Of a stretch of DNA of 32,000 nt, positions 9,065 through 16,716 are shown one piece after another. The DNA comes from Vibrio cholerae ATCC 14035 (GTDB lineage Bacteria; Pseudomonadota; Gammaproteobacteria; Enterobacterales; Vibrionaceae). The position numbers and the translations under genes were made by a program. Location of the stretch: contig NZ_KK211324.1 in assembly GCF_000621645.1 (NCBI RefSeq), forward strand, positions 28,921 to 60,920. Direction: 5' to 3'. Within the stretch, counting starts at the first letter, position 1. The number at the start of each line of letters is the position of its first letter. The notes beneath the pieces are model-generated. The model ran no database searches, was not told where the DNA came from, and saw only the letters and a program-made list of their open reading frames with translations.

Positions 9065-9186
9065 CAACAATTTTCAGAAAATAAGCACCGAGCACATTTT
9101 TTACAACATGCTGTTAAGAAAGGAGATGTATGAATAATTTAATTGAAAAGAACGACTGAGAATCATGCTCGTAGCAGCAAAGAATA

Positions 9187-9220
9187 GGTAAAAGAAATAG
9201 CCACCAATATGACTGGTGGC
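9187..9220 (-). terminator. Rho-independent terminator downstream of fic
   Basis: The minus strand reads GCCACCA-gtcatat-TGGTGGC (stem 9200-9206 / 9214-9220) followed by TATTTCTTTT. It begins 9 nt after the fic stop codon. Confidence 0.8.
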
Positions 9221-9228
9221 CATTAATC

Positions 9229-10221
9229 TCAAACGCCCCTCTTCCTATACCGTTGTACCTTGCTGGTGGGTTTATCTGGGAGGGTCATTTCGATTAAGCC
9301 AGCCTCAAGTGCAGGTTTTAAGTAGCGATCACGAAAGGATTTTCTATCTTTCAGCCCAAGCATTGCTTGAATTTCTTCTCTAAGCATTTCCCCTTCAAGC
9401 ACGTCCAACAGTTGTTTAACTTGAGGGGCAACTTGGGGGGCATCTTGAGGGGTGGTCGCTTCTGTTTCTTGCAAAGCGTTCAAGATCATCTGCAACATAA
9501 AGGCAATGAACGGCTCTGAATCGGCTTTCAGCGTACTGCGATTAATCGCATCATAATAGGCTTGCTGATTCTCATAGATAAAGCTTTCAACAGGTAAATG
9601 AGCAAAGAGAGGATTCCATTCGGACAATATCAAGGTTTGCCAAAGCCTGCCCATGCGTCCATTTCCATCCGAGAATGGGTGAATGAATTCAAACTCATAA
9701 TGAAACACACAACTGCGAATAAGCGGGTGGCTATTGTCATTGGCCAACCACTGAAATAACTCACTCATCAGTTTTGGCACGCGCTCCGCAGGCGGGGCCA
9801 TATGCAATACCTGCCCATCCTTGAAAACACCAACACCATCCATACGATAACGACCAATCACAGACTGCAAGCCAATCATTAACACTTCGTGGGCTTGCAG
9901 CAAGTCAACTTCACGATGTGAAGACCATGAATTCAACTCTTGGTAAACATTGATCGCATTCAGTGCTTCTTGAACCTGTTTTTTGGGCGCGAGTACCCGC
10001 TTACCATTCAGTAAGGCGGTTATCTGCTCTTGAGAGAGTTCATTCCCTTCAATAGCAAGGGAGCCTTGAATCGTTCTCACTCGGTTAACCTTGCGCAGCT
10101 TCAGCTCACGAGGTGAAGCACAATTGACAGACAGGCGCCCCAAGCATTCGCTGATTTGCGCCACCAGCGAAAGAATCTGATTGGTAATGGTGTAAGGTGG
10201 TTGGTAGCTCATCAAACTCAC
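9229..10221 (-). CDS. Fic-family AMPylase-type protein with N-terminal inhibitory helix and C-terminal winged-helix domain
   Basis: It carries the Fic active-site motif HPFSDGNGRMGR (nt 9646-9681). It has an intramolecular inhibitory motif, S-L-A-I-E-G (nt 10045-10062), fitting (S/T)xxxE(G/N). The APQV tandem linker and the tail GLKDRKSFRDRYLKPALEAGLIEMTLPDKPTS are typical of this family. The start is either the GTG at 10221, which overlaps the int stop as GTGA, or the ATG at 10212. Confidence 0.9.
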   Translation of the reverse strand: MSLMSYQPPYTITNQILSLVAQISECLGRLSVNCASPRELKLRKVNRVRTIQGSLAIEGNELSQEQITALLNGKRVLAPKKQVQEALNAINVYQELNSWSSHREVDLLQAHEVLMIGLQSVIGRYRMDGVGVFKDGQVLHMAPPAERVPKLMSELFQWLANDNSHPLIRSCVFHYEFEFIHPFSDGNGRMGRLWQTLILSEWNPLFAHLPVESFIYENQQAYYDAINRSTLKADSEPFIAFMLQMILNALQETEATTPQDAPQVAPQVKQLLDVLEGEMLREEIQAMLGLKDRKSFRDRYLKPALEAGLIEMTLPDKPTSKVQRYRKRGV

Positions 10222-11453
10222 GCGGTTCTTTTGCTGGAAATAATCGACGTCACATTATTTGTTTTGTTGGTCATAATGTCTAAATGTTCGAGCCACATTG
10301 TGAGTGCTTCCCTTTTTTCAGGTAGATACTGGCTACGATTATAAATCGCCATTACGCCCCCCAAGCTGTGACCCAAAAGCTGCTCGACAACATAAGGCGC
10401 AACACCAAGCTCATTAAGGCGCGTCGCGAGTGTTCGACGAATATCATGCAGGGTCCACGCCTCTTCATGGCCTAAGCGCTGCCAGAAGAAGCGACCTTGT
10501 TGGCTCACTGTTTCAGGGCTTTTCTCTTCTCCCAAAATCAACGTTTCTTTATCACTGTCTTCTTTTAGTTGAAGCAACCAAGGCACCAGCTCATCAGGAA
10601 TGGGACGGATAATTTTTTCATCCGTTTTACTGTGCTCTTTTGGCACTGTCCAAATCAACGCTTCAAAATCCCACTCTTTCCATTTTGATAAACGGACTTC
10701 TTGAGTGCGAGCACCAAACACAACGAGAAACTTAACTAAATGGCAGTAATAGGGAAGAAACTTGTTCGGTGTCTGGACTGCATTCCATAAATCTGAGAGC
10801 TCTTGTGCTGTGAGCACTCGGTCTTTTTTGCGTTGCTTCTTGCCAACATCATTTACGGTAAGGTCATCTAAAACACGGCTGGTGGCATAGCGGCGAACTC
10901 GGCAGAAACGCAGCGCTTGTTTTGCATTTTGCAGCACATAACCTGCTGCGACAGGTGCTGGACGCTGCTTACCAGCAATGCCCTTGCGAACGCGATCAAA
11001 ACACTCAATCCAATGGTGCGTTTCCGTCTGTGCGAGTGGCAAAGCGCCAATATAGGGATAAATATGTTTTTGAAATTGAGATCGATGTTTGTCAGCGTTA
11101 GCACGATTCGATTCTGCATATTCCACCAGCCAGTACTCTAGGGCATCTTGTACAGAAACAGGCTTAAGGGTTTCTTGTCGAATCACGGAACGTTGCAGTT
11201 TCGGGTCATGGCCTTCCGCCAACCATTCTCGACACTTTTGCGCTTCTTCGCGGGCTTTTAACAACGATAAATCAGGATAGTCACCGAGATCGACACGTTT
11301 GCTTGCGCCGTTAATCTTATAGCGAAACTGCCAACGCACGTTTCCTTGTAAAGAGACCCTTGCACCCAATCCATCACCATCGGTCAAAGTGAACACTTTA
11401 AGGTGAGATTTATTTAAAACAGCCTTCAAATGCTTGTCGTAGAGTTTGCCCAT
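10218..11453 (-). CDS. int: Tyrosine recombinase (P4-like island integrase)
   Basis: Catalytic residues are present: LHDIRRT (HxxR), LLGHS and the Tyr in AIYNRSQY. The N-terminal arm-binding-like region reads LTDGDGLGARVSLQGNVRWQFRYKINGASKRVDLGDYPDLSLLKAREEA. I place the start at the ATG at 11453 (MGKLYD...), which has AAGGA 5 nt upstream. The ORF track begins at 11477. Confidence 0.92.
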   Translation of the reverse strand: MGKLYDKHLKAVLNKSHLKVFTLTDGDGLGARVSLQGNVRWQFRYKINGASKRVDLGDYPDLSLLKAREEAQKCREWLAEGHDPKLQRSVIRQETLKPVSVQDALEYWLVEYAESNRANADKHRSQFQKHIYPYIGALPLAQTETHHWIECFDRVRKGIAGKQRPAPVAAGYVLQNAKQALRFCRVRRYATSRVLDDLTVNDVGKKQRKKDRVLTAQELSDLWNAVQTPNKFLPYYCHLVKFLVVFGARTQEVRLSKWKEWDFEALIWTVPKEHSKTDEKIIRPIPDELVPWLLQLKEDSDKETLILGEEKSPETVSQQGRFFWQRLGHEEAWTLHDIRRTLATRLNELGVAPYVVEQLLGHSLGGVMAIYNRSQYLPEKREALTMWLEHLDIMTNKTNNVTSIISSKRTA

Positions 11454-11465
11454 AACGTCCTTTTC

Positions 11466-11512
11466 CTCGGGGTACATGGCTAGGTTCCATGTACCCCCAC
11501 ATGTACCCCGAG
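11466..11512. repeat. Three copies of the CATGTACCCC motif, one inverted and two direct, just upstream of int
   Basis: CTCGGGGTACATG at 11466-11478 is the exact reverse complement of CATGTACCCCGAG at 11500-11512. A third copy, CATGTACCCC, lies at 11488-11497. Confidence 0.75.
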
Positions 11513-11672
11513 ATCATGATAAGACCAGAAACAAGAGAAGACAAACCAAAACAAAAATAAATTTAAATAACTGAAATTTAAAATAAAAATACAGAACAGA
11601 GAAACAAATGAAAACGAATAAAAACAGCAATTTAGTTTCTACGGCATGAACTAATCTTCATCGACGTTTTTA

Positions 11673-11698
11673 AGCCCTGACCTTGTCAGGGCTTTTTT
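11673..11698 (+). terminator. Orphan Rho-independent terminator (+ strand) between int and gntR
   Basis: AGCCCTGAC-ctt-GTCAGGGCT forms a 9-bp stem followed by TTTTTT. There is no + strand gene upstream of it in the window. Confidence 0.75.
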
Positions 11699-11753
11699 AT
11701 TACCTTTTATTCACCACACACAATGGTTGTACCCATACCGTCACTTCTTCATA

Positions 11754-11769
11754 ATGTTACTCATAACAT
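11754..11769. promoter_or_regulatory. GntR operator upstream of gntR (probable autoregulation)
   Basis: ATGTTA-CTCA-TAACAT is a perfect match to the E. coli GntR operator consensus ATGTTA-N4-TAACAT. It lies 23 bp upstream of the gntR start codon. Confidence 0.7.
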
Positions 11770-11791
11770 TTTATAAAAGACTCAATAACCT

Positions 11792-12790
11792 ATGACAAAA
11801 AAACAGCGCGCGACATTGCAAGATGTGGCGGATCAAGTTGGCGTAACAAAAATGACTGTGTCGCGTTATCTGAGAAGCCCTGATTCCGTGGCTGCGGCCA
11901 CGCGGGAGAAGATAGCGCTCGCCGTTGAGGCTTTGGGATACATTGAAAATCGAGCCCCTGCGATGCTTTCTAAATCATCCAGTAAGGCGATTGGTATTTT
12001 GCTTCCTTCCTTGTCGAACCAAATTTTTGCCTCTTTTGTGCAAGGGATTGAAGCGGTGACCAAAGCCAATGGCTATGAAACCCTACTCGCCCACTTTGGT
12101 TACGATGAGGAGGAAGAAGAGCGCAAAATTGCTTCGCTGCTCGCGTATCAAGTCGATGGTCTTATTCTCACCGAAAGTCATCACACTCAGCGCACTTTGC
12201 AGATGATTGCCAGCTCTGGCGTGCCGGTAGTAGAAACCATGGAGCTTCCCGCCAACCCAATTGACATGGCAGTAGGCATGGATCACGTTGAAGCCTCATA
12301 TCAAGCGGTGAAAAAAATTATCGCGGCGGGTAAACGTTCGATTGCCTATTTCGGCGCACGGCTTGATACCCGCACCAAACTGCGTATGCAGGGCTATGAC
12401 CAAGCGATGCAAGAAGCCGGGCTGCCTATCAAGCACGTGCTGACTGGCTCACACTCCAGTTTCTCTCTCGCCGCTCAGTTGCTTGATGAAGCCTTCGCGC
12501 GTTACCCCGATCTGGATGGTGTGTTCTGCACCAACGATGACATCGCGATTGGTACTCTACTTGTGGCGCAGCAGCGTGGGATTCGGGTACCCGAACAGCT
12601 TTCCGTGATTGGCTATAACGCGCTGGACATCGGCCGCACCATCACGCCAAAGCTGACTAGCGTTGATTCGCCACGTTATGCGATTGGTGAAAAAAGCGCT
12701 GAGCTACTGATTGCCGCACTCAAAGGTGAGCGCGCTGAAGAACATATAGTGGATATGGGTTATCGTTTTACTGCGGGTGAAAGTGTGTAA
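11792..12790 (+). CDS. gntR: LacI-family gluconate utilisation repressor GntR
   Basis: 332 aa. It has an N-terminal LacI-type HTH (ATLQDVADQVGVTKMTVSRYLR) and a periplasmic-binding-protein-like core. It is adjacent to edd/gntK/gntP/eda, with GntR operators nearby. Confidence 0.9.
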   Translation: MTKKQRATLQDVADQVGVTKMTVSRYLRSPDSVAAATREKIALAVEALGYIENRAPAMLSKSSSKAIGILLPSLSNQIFASFVQGIEAVTKANGYETLLAHFGYDEEEEERKIASLLAYQVDGLILTESHHTQRTLQMIASSGVPVVETMELPANPIDMAVGMDHVEASYQAVKKIIAAGKRSIAYFGARLDTRTKLRMQGYDQAMQEAGLPIKHVLTGSHSSFSLAAQLLDEAFARYPDLDGVFCTNDDIAIGTLLVAQQRGIRVPEQLSVIGYNALDIGRTITPKLTSVDSPRYAIGEKSAELLIAALKGERAEEHIVDMGYRFTAGESV

Positions 12791-12818
12791 CACCAGCACT
12801 CCACAAATGATAAAGATG

Positions 12819-12844
12819 AAAAAGGCGGTATACACCGCCTTTTC
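12819..12844. terminator. Bidirectional terminator between the convergent genes gntR and edd
   Basis: AAAAAGGCGGT-atac-ACCGCCTTTT has an A-run on one side and a T-run on the other. Confidence 0.8.
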
Positions 12845-12865
12845 TATGTTGTACATCCAGCAAGG

Positions 12866-14662
12866 TTAAACAATAAAGCTCGCCCCTTGTTCGGCGGAAG
12901 AGACCGCTTGGCGCATCACTTTAAACAATTCGCGTCCCCACATTTGCTGATCGCGCTCGGTATCTAAAGCGAGAGCTTGGCGATGGCTCATGTCGGTTAA
13001 GTTCTCAAGCGTGCCTGTTGTGCAATCCAAGCGCAGCAAATCCCCATCACGCACTAAGCCAATCGCACCGCCGCGTACCGCTTCTGGTGACACGTGAATC
13101 GCCGATGGAATTTTACCTGACGCGCCCGACAAACGGCCATCGGTCACCAGCGCGACTTTGAATCCGGCTTTTTGCACGTTACCTAAAATCGGCATCAATT
13201 TGTGCAGCTCAGGCATACCATTGGCTGCCGGGCCATTGTGGGTCACCACCACAATGCAGTCTTTATTCAGTTCACCACGCTGGTAAGCCGCTTCTACTTC
13301 GTGCTGGCACTGGAAAACTACCGCCGGCGCTTCAATGATGCGTTGTTCTTCTTTCACCGCCGAAACTTTGATCACCGCGCGGCCTAAGTTCCCGTTCAGC
13401 ATTTTAGTGCCGCCAGTGGTTTGGAAGCACTCGCCACTCGCCGCGATCACTTGCGCATCATGCGTGCCATCACACGCAACCCAACGCAGCTCGCCATCCA
13501 CCAACTCAGGCAGCGTCAGTTGATCACTAAACTCACCAAATACCGGTGTGACATCCGAGTGCAGCAACTTGGCTTCATGCAAACGCTTCATCAGCGCGGG
13601 TACACCACCCGCTTGTTGGAAGGCATTCATATCCGCGGGGCCATTCGGGTAAACCTTCGCCAACAGTGGAACCACATCCGACAGATCACTGATGTCCTGC
13701 CAGGTCAGCAAAATCCCCGCGGCACGTGCCACCGCCAACATATGAATGGTGTGGTTCGTACTGCCACCAGAAGCCAGCAGAGCGACAATCCCATTGAGCA
13801 GACTTTTCTCGGTGACCACTTGATAGAGCGGACGATACTGCGCTGAACCTTGGGTCATGCTGGCAATTTTTACCGTCGCGTCATCGTTCAATGCTTGGCG
13901 CAGCGCCGAATGAGGATGCACGAACGCCGAACCCGGCAACATCAGCCCCATGGCTTCAAACACCAATTGGTTGGTGTTGGCGGTGCCGTAGAAAGTACAC
14001 GTACCCGGCGCGTGGTAAGCCTGACACTCCATATTCAGTAGTGCGTCTTTACCCACTTCACCCGCCGCATACTTTTGACGAATATCCACTTTCTCTTCGT
14101 TACTGATGCCGGTTGCCATTAAACCCGCAGGCATAAACGCAGTCGGCAGATGGGCGTACGAGAGCGCGCCCATCAATTGCCCCGGCGCGATTTTGTCACA
14201 GATCCCGAGCAGCAAAGTGGCATCAAACACATTGTGACTAAGGGAGAGTGCGGTCGCCTGCGCAATCAAATCACGGGAAAACAGCGACATATCCATCCCC
14301 GGCTGACCTTGGGTCACGCCATCGCACATGGCGGGTACGCCACCGGCGACCTGTGCGGTATGGCCGTACTCGGCTAACACCATCTTGATGCGGTCTGGAT
14401 AGTGCTGATAAGGCTGATGCGCGCTGAGCATATCGTTATAGGACGTCACAATCGCCACATTACTGCGCGTGAAATCGAGGATCGCTTTTTTCTCTGTGCT
14501 GCAAGAAGCCGCCACTGCGTGGGCTAAATTACCGCAAGAGAGTGAGGTGCGACCTTTGCCGGCTTTTTCTTGTGCTTGACTGCGTGCAATGAAGGCCGCA
14601 CGTGCTTCACGGCTACGCTCAATCAGGTTTTGAGTGACCTTGGCTAAAATAGGATGAATCAT
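12866..14662 (-). CDS. edd: Phosphogluconate dehydratase (Entner-Doudoroff)
   Basis: This is an IlvD/Edd family protein. The N-terminus MIHPILAKVTQNLIERSREARAAFIARSQ parallels E. coli Edd (...RVTNRIIERSRETRSAYLARIEQ). I trimmed the start from the ORF-track value of 14722 to the ATG at 14662, which overlaps the gntK stop by 4 nt. Confidence 0.93.
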   Translation of the reverse strand: MIHPILAKVTQNLIERSREARAAFIARSQAQEKAGKGRTSLSCGNLAHAVAASCSTEKKAILDFTRSNVAIVTSYNDMLSAHQPYQHYPDRIKMVLAEYGHTAQVAGGVPAMCDGVTQGQPGMDMSLFSRDLIAQATALSLSHNVFDATLLLGICDKIAPGQLMGALSYAHLPTAFMPAGLMATGISNEEKVDIRQKYAAGEVGKDALLNMECQAYHAPGTCTFYGTANTNQLVFEAMGLMLPGSAFVHPHSALRQALNDDATVKIASMTQGSAQYRPLYQVVTEKSLLNGIVALLASGGSTNHTIHMLAVARAAGILLTWQDISDLSDVVPLLAKVYPNGPADMNAFQQAGGVPALMKRLHEAKLLHSDVTPVFGEFSDQLTLPELVDGELRWVACDGTHDAQVIAASGECFQTTGGTKMLNGNLGRAVIKVSAVKEEQRIIEAPAVVFQCQHEVEAAYQRGELNKDCIVVVTHNGPAANGMPELHKLMPILGNVQKAGFKVALVTDGRLSGASGKIPSAIHVSPEAVRGGAIGLVRDGDLLRLDCTTGTLENLTDMSHRQALALDTERDQQMWGRELFKVMRQAVSSAEQGASFIV

Positions 14663-15174
14663 AGCCCCTCCTGCTCTTGCAGCGCTTGAATGGCACAGCT
14701 CACCACTTCCTGCACTGAGCAATCAATAGGGATAATCAGGGTTTGCGGCTCACCATCAGGGCGCTCTAAGGTTTCAAACTGACTGTTGACCATGTTCTCT
14801 TTCATGAAATGGCCTTGGCGAGCGCGCATGCGCTCCATGATCAGTTCTTTCGAGCCATCCAAGAACAAGAAGGTCACGTTTTGGTTGCCTTCGCGGATCT
14901 GGTCGCGGTACTGCTTTTTGAGTGCCGAGCAGACAATCACCCCATGTTCGTTTTTGCTTTCGAGGCTGTAAGCGGCATCGCGGATGCGCTCTAACCAAGG
15001 TTTACGATCTTCATCATTGAGCGGCTGGCCGGAGGCCATTTTCTGAATATTGGCACGCGGATGAAGATCATCGCCATCAATGAATTTTCGCCCAGTCTGC
15101 TTTGCCAATAACTCACCAATGGTGCTTTTACCGCAAGCACAAACCCCCATCACAATGATGCTACTACCAGCCAT
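14659..15174 (-). CDS. gntK: Gluconokinase
   Basis: 171 aa. It has a P-loop (GVCACGKST) and FIDGDDLHPRANIQKMASGQPLNDEDRKPWL, typical of GntK/IdnK. Confidence 0.92.
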   Translation of the reverse strand: MAGSSIIVMGVCACGKSTIGELLAKQTGRKFIDGDDLHPRANIQKMASGQPLNDEDRKPWLERIRDAAYSLESKNEHGVIVCSALKKQYRDQIREGNQNVTFLFLDGSKELIMERMRARQGHFMKENMVNSQFETLERPDGEPQTLIIPIDCSVQEVVSCAIQALQEQEGL

Positions 15175-15249
15175 AACGACTCCTTAAAACCAAACTTGCG
15201 CATGATCGCATTTTTAAAATTCACTTCGAAATATGGGTTTATCTTATTC

Positions 15250-15279
15250 ATGTTATGGGTAACATGTTACCGGTAACTT
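15250..15279. promoter_or_regulatory. Two overlapping GntR operators in the divergent gntK-edd / gntP-eda control region
   Basis: ATGTTA-TGGG-TAACAT at 15250-15265 is a perfect match. ATGTTA-CCGG-TAACTT at 15264-15279 has one mismatch. The two share two bases. Confidence 0.75.
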
Positions 15280-15327
15280 CACTAAATGTGAGCTATAACA
15301 CAAACTATAAATCTGGACGGTGAACTC

Positions 15328-16704
15328 ATGGACCCCTTACTACAAACCTCTGATCCTACGTATCTATTAACCGTGGCGGCGGTCGCCATTATTGCGCTAC
15401 TGCTGCTGATTATTCGTTTTAAAATCCACGCTTTTGCTTCACTGACCTTAGTCAGTTTAGGCACCGCCATTGCCACTGGCGTGGCGTCTGACAAAGTGGT
15501 GTCGACCATGATGACAGGCTTTGGTGGCACGCTGGCTTCGGTCGCGCTGCTGGTCGGCCTTGGCGCTATGATTGGTAAAATCTTGGAAGTGACGGGCGGT
15601 GCGAAAGTGCTGGCAGACACGCTGATCGGCCGCTTTGGCGAGCAGCGCGCACCGTTTGCGCTCGGCGTGGCATCGCTGCTGTTTGGCTTCCCCATCTTCT
15701 TTGATGCGGGCCTGATTGTGATGATGCCGATCATCTTCAGCGTCGCGAAACGCTTTGGTGGCTCACCTCTTAAATACGCGCTGCCTTCAGCAGGTGCGTT
15801 TGCGGTCATGCACGCCTTTGTGCCACCGCATCCGGGGCCGGTTGCAGCGGCAGAACTGCTCGGCGCAAACATCGGCTTGCTGCTGATTGTTGGCTTACTC
15901 GTAGCCATCCCGACTTGGTACTTGGGCGCTTACCTATTTGGTCTATATGCCGGTAAGAAATTCAATATTCCTTTGTCGAAAGCCTTCTTCAATACCGATG
16001 CGATCATTGACGAAGCCAAGCTACCCAAATTTGCCACGGTCATGACTATTCTGGTGCTGCCGGTGCTGCTGATTTTTATGGATACCGGTTTGAACACCCT
16101 TGCGGTCGCGGGCATGATTGATGGTAAAGCTCCCGCAGTCGAATTCCTGCGTATGCTGGGTAAAACGCCGATTGCTCTGCTGATCACTCTGCTCGTCTGT
16201 ATCGCAGCGTTCGCCAAAGATTACGGCATGGCACGCCTAGAAAAACTGTGTGGTGATTCGCTTGCCCCCATCTGCGCGGTGATTTTAGTCACCGGTGCGG
16301 GCGGCATGTTCGGTGGCGTACTGCGCGCAAGCGGCATTGGTAGCGCACTGGCTGGCGTGCTGTCGGATACCGGTATGCCCGTTGTGGTCGCCGCGTTTGT
16401 GATTGCGACCTGTTTACGCGTCGCGCAAGGTTCGGCCACGGTCGCTCTGACCACGACCGCCGCCCTGATTGCACCGACGGTGGCAGCGACCACAGGCCTG
16501 TCTGAGCTTGACCTGTGCTTTATCGTGATTTCGATTGCCGGCGGTGCTACTGTGCTTTCACACTTTAACGATTCTGGTTTCTGGCTGGTGTCGCGTTTGA
16601 TGGAGATGGATGAGAAAACCACTCTAAAAACGTGGACTGTGATGGAAACCCTTTTGGGCGGTATCGCCTTCCTGATTGTGGCAACACTCAGCTTTATTCT
16701 GTAG
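15328..16704 (+). CDS. GntP-family gluconate:H+ permease
   Basis: 458 aa polytopic membrane protein. Its N-terminus (LLLLIIRFKIHAFASLTLVSLGTAIATG) resembles GntP-family permeases. It lies between gntK and eda. Confidence 0.9.
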   Translation: MDPLLQTSDPTYLLTVAAVAIIALLLLIIRFKIHAFASLTLVSLGTAIATGVASDKVVSTMMTGFGGTLASVALLVGLGAMIGKILEVTGGAKVLADTLIGRFGEQRAPFALGVASLLFGFPIFFDAGLIVMMPIIFSVAKRFGGSPLKYALPSAGAFAVMHAFVPPHPGPVAAAELLGANIGLLLIVGLLVAIPTWYLGAYLFGLYAGKKFNIPLSKAFFNTDAIIDEAKLPKFATVMTILVLPVLLIFMDTGLNTLAVAGMIDGKAPAVEFLRMLGKTPIALLITLLVCIAAFAKDYGMARLEKLCGDSLAPICAVILVTGAGGMFGGVLRASGIGSALAGVLSDTGMPVVVAAFVIATCLRVAQGSATVALTTTAALIAPTVAATTGLSELDLCFIVISIAGGATVLSHFNDSGFWLVSRLMEMDEKTTLKTWTVMETLLGGIAFLIVATLSFIL

Positions 16705-16716
16705 AGGTATGGACTC

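Larger units (their letters stand above)
1..11640. mobile_element. Integrase-proximal part of an integrative genomic island carrying CRISPR-Cas I-E (GI-24-like)
   Basis: A terminal P4-type integrase is followed by accessory cargo (fic, cas operon, CRISPR). The segment abuts a block of conserved housekeeping genes. The right boundary is not resolved and lies somewhere between 11513 and about 11700. The left end is outside the window. Confidence 0.65.

Noticed and set aside
8723-9084. Three overlapping + strand ORFs (73-110 aa) spanning the cas3 5' end and upstream region.
   Set aside because: They are antisense to cas3, have no Shine-Dalgarno sequence, and have an implausible composition. The region is better explained as the cas3 promoter.
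9130-9159. A 9-codon mini-ORF (MNNLIEKND) preceded by AAGGAG in the fic-cas3 gap.
   Set aside because: It is too short to evaluate, and there is no supporting conservation information. It may be a chance occurrence in AT-rich DNA.
11478-11791. An expected tRNA, tmRNA or other RNA gene as the integration target next to the P4-type integrase.
   Set aside because: I saw no cloverleaf-compatible sequence, acceptor/T-arm motif (GTTCRANNC) or CCA-proximal stem on either strand.
14663-14722. N-terminal ORF extensions produced by the ORF track: edd (14663-14722), cadA (24444-24509), cadC (28148-28213), cse2 (4755-4820), int (11454-11477) and the MCP (20520-20549).
   Set aside because: Alignment by eye to known homologue N-termini, together with better-placed Shine-Dalgarno sequences, supports the internal start codons.
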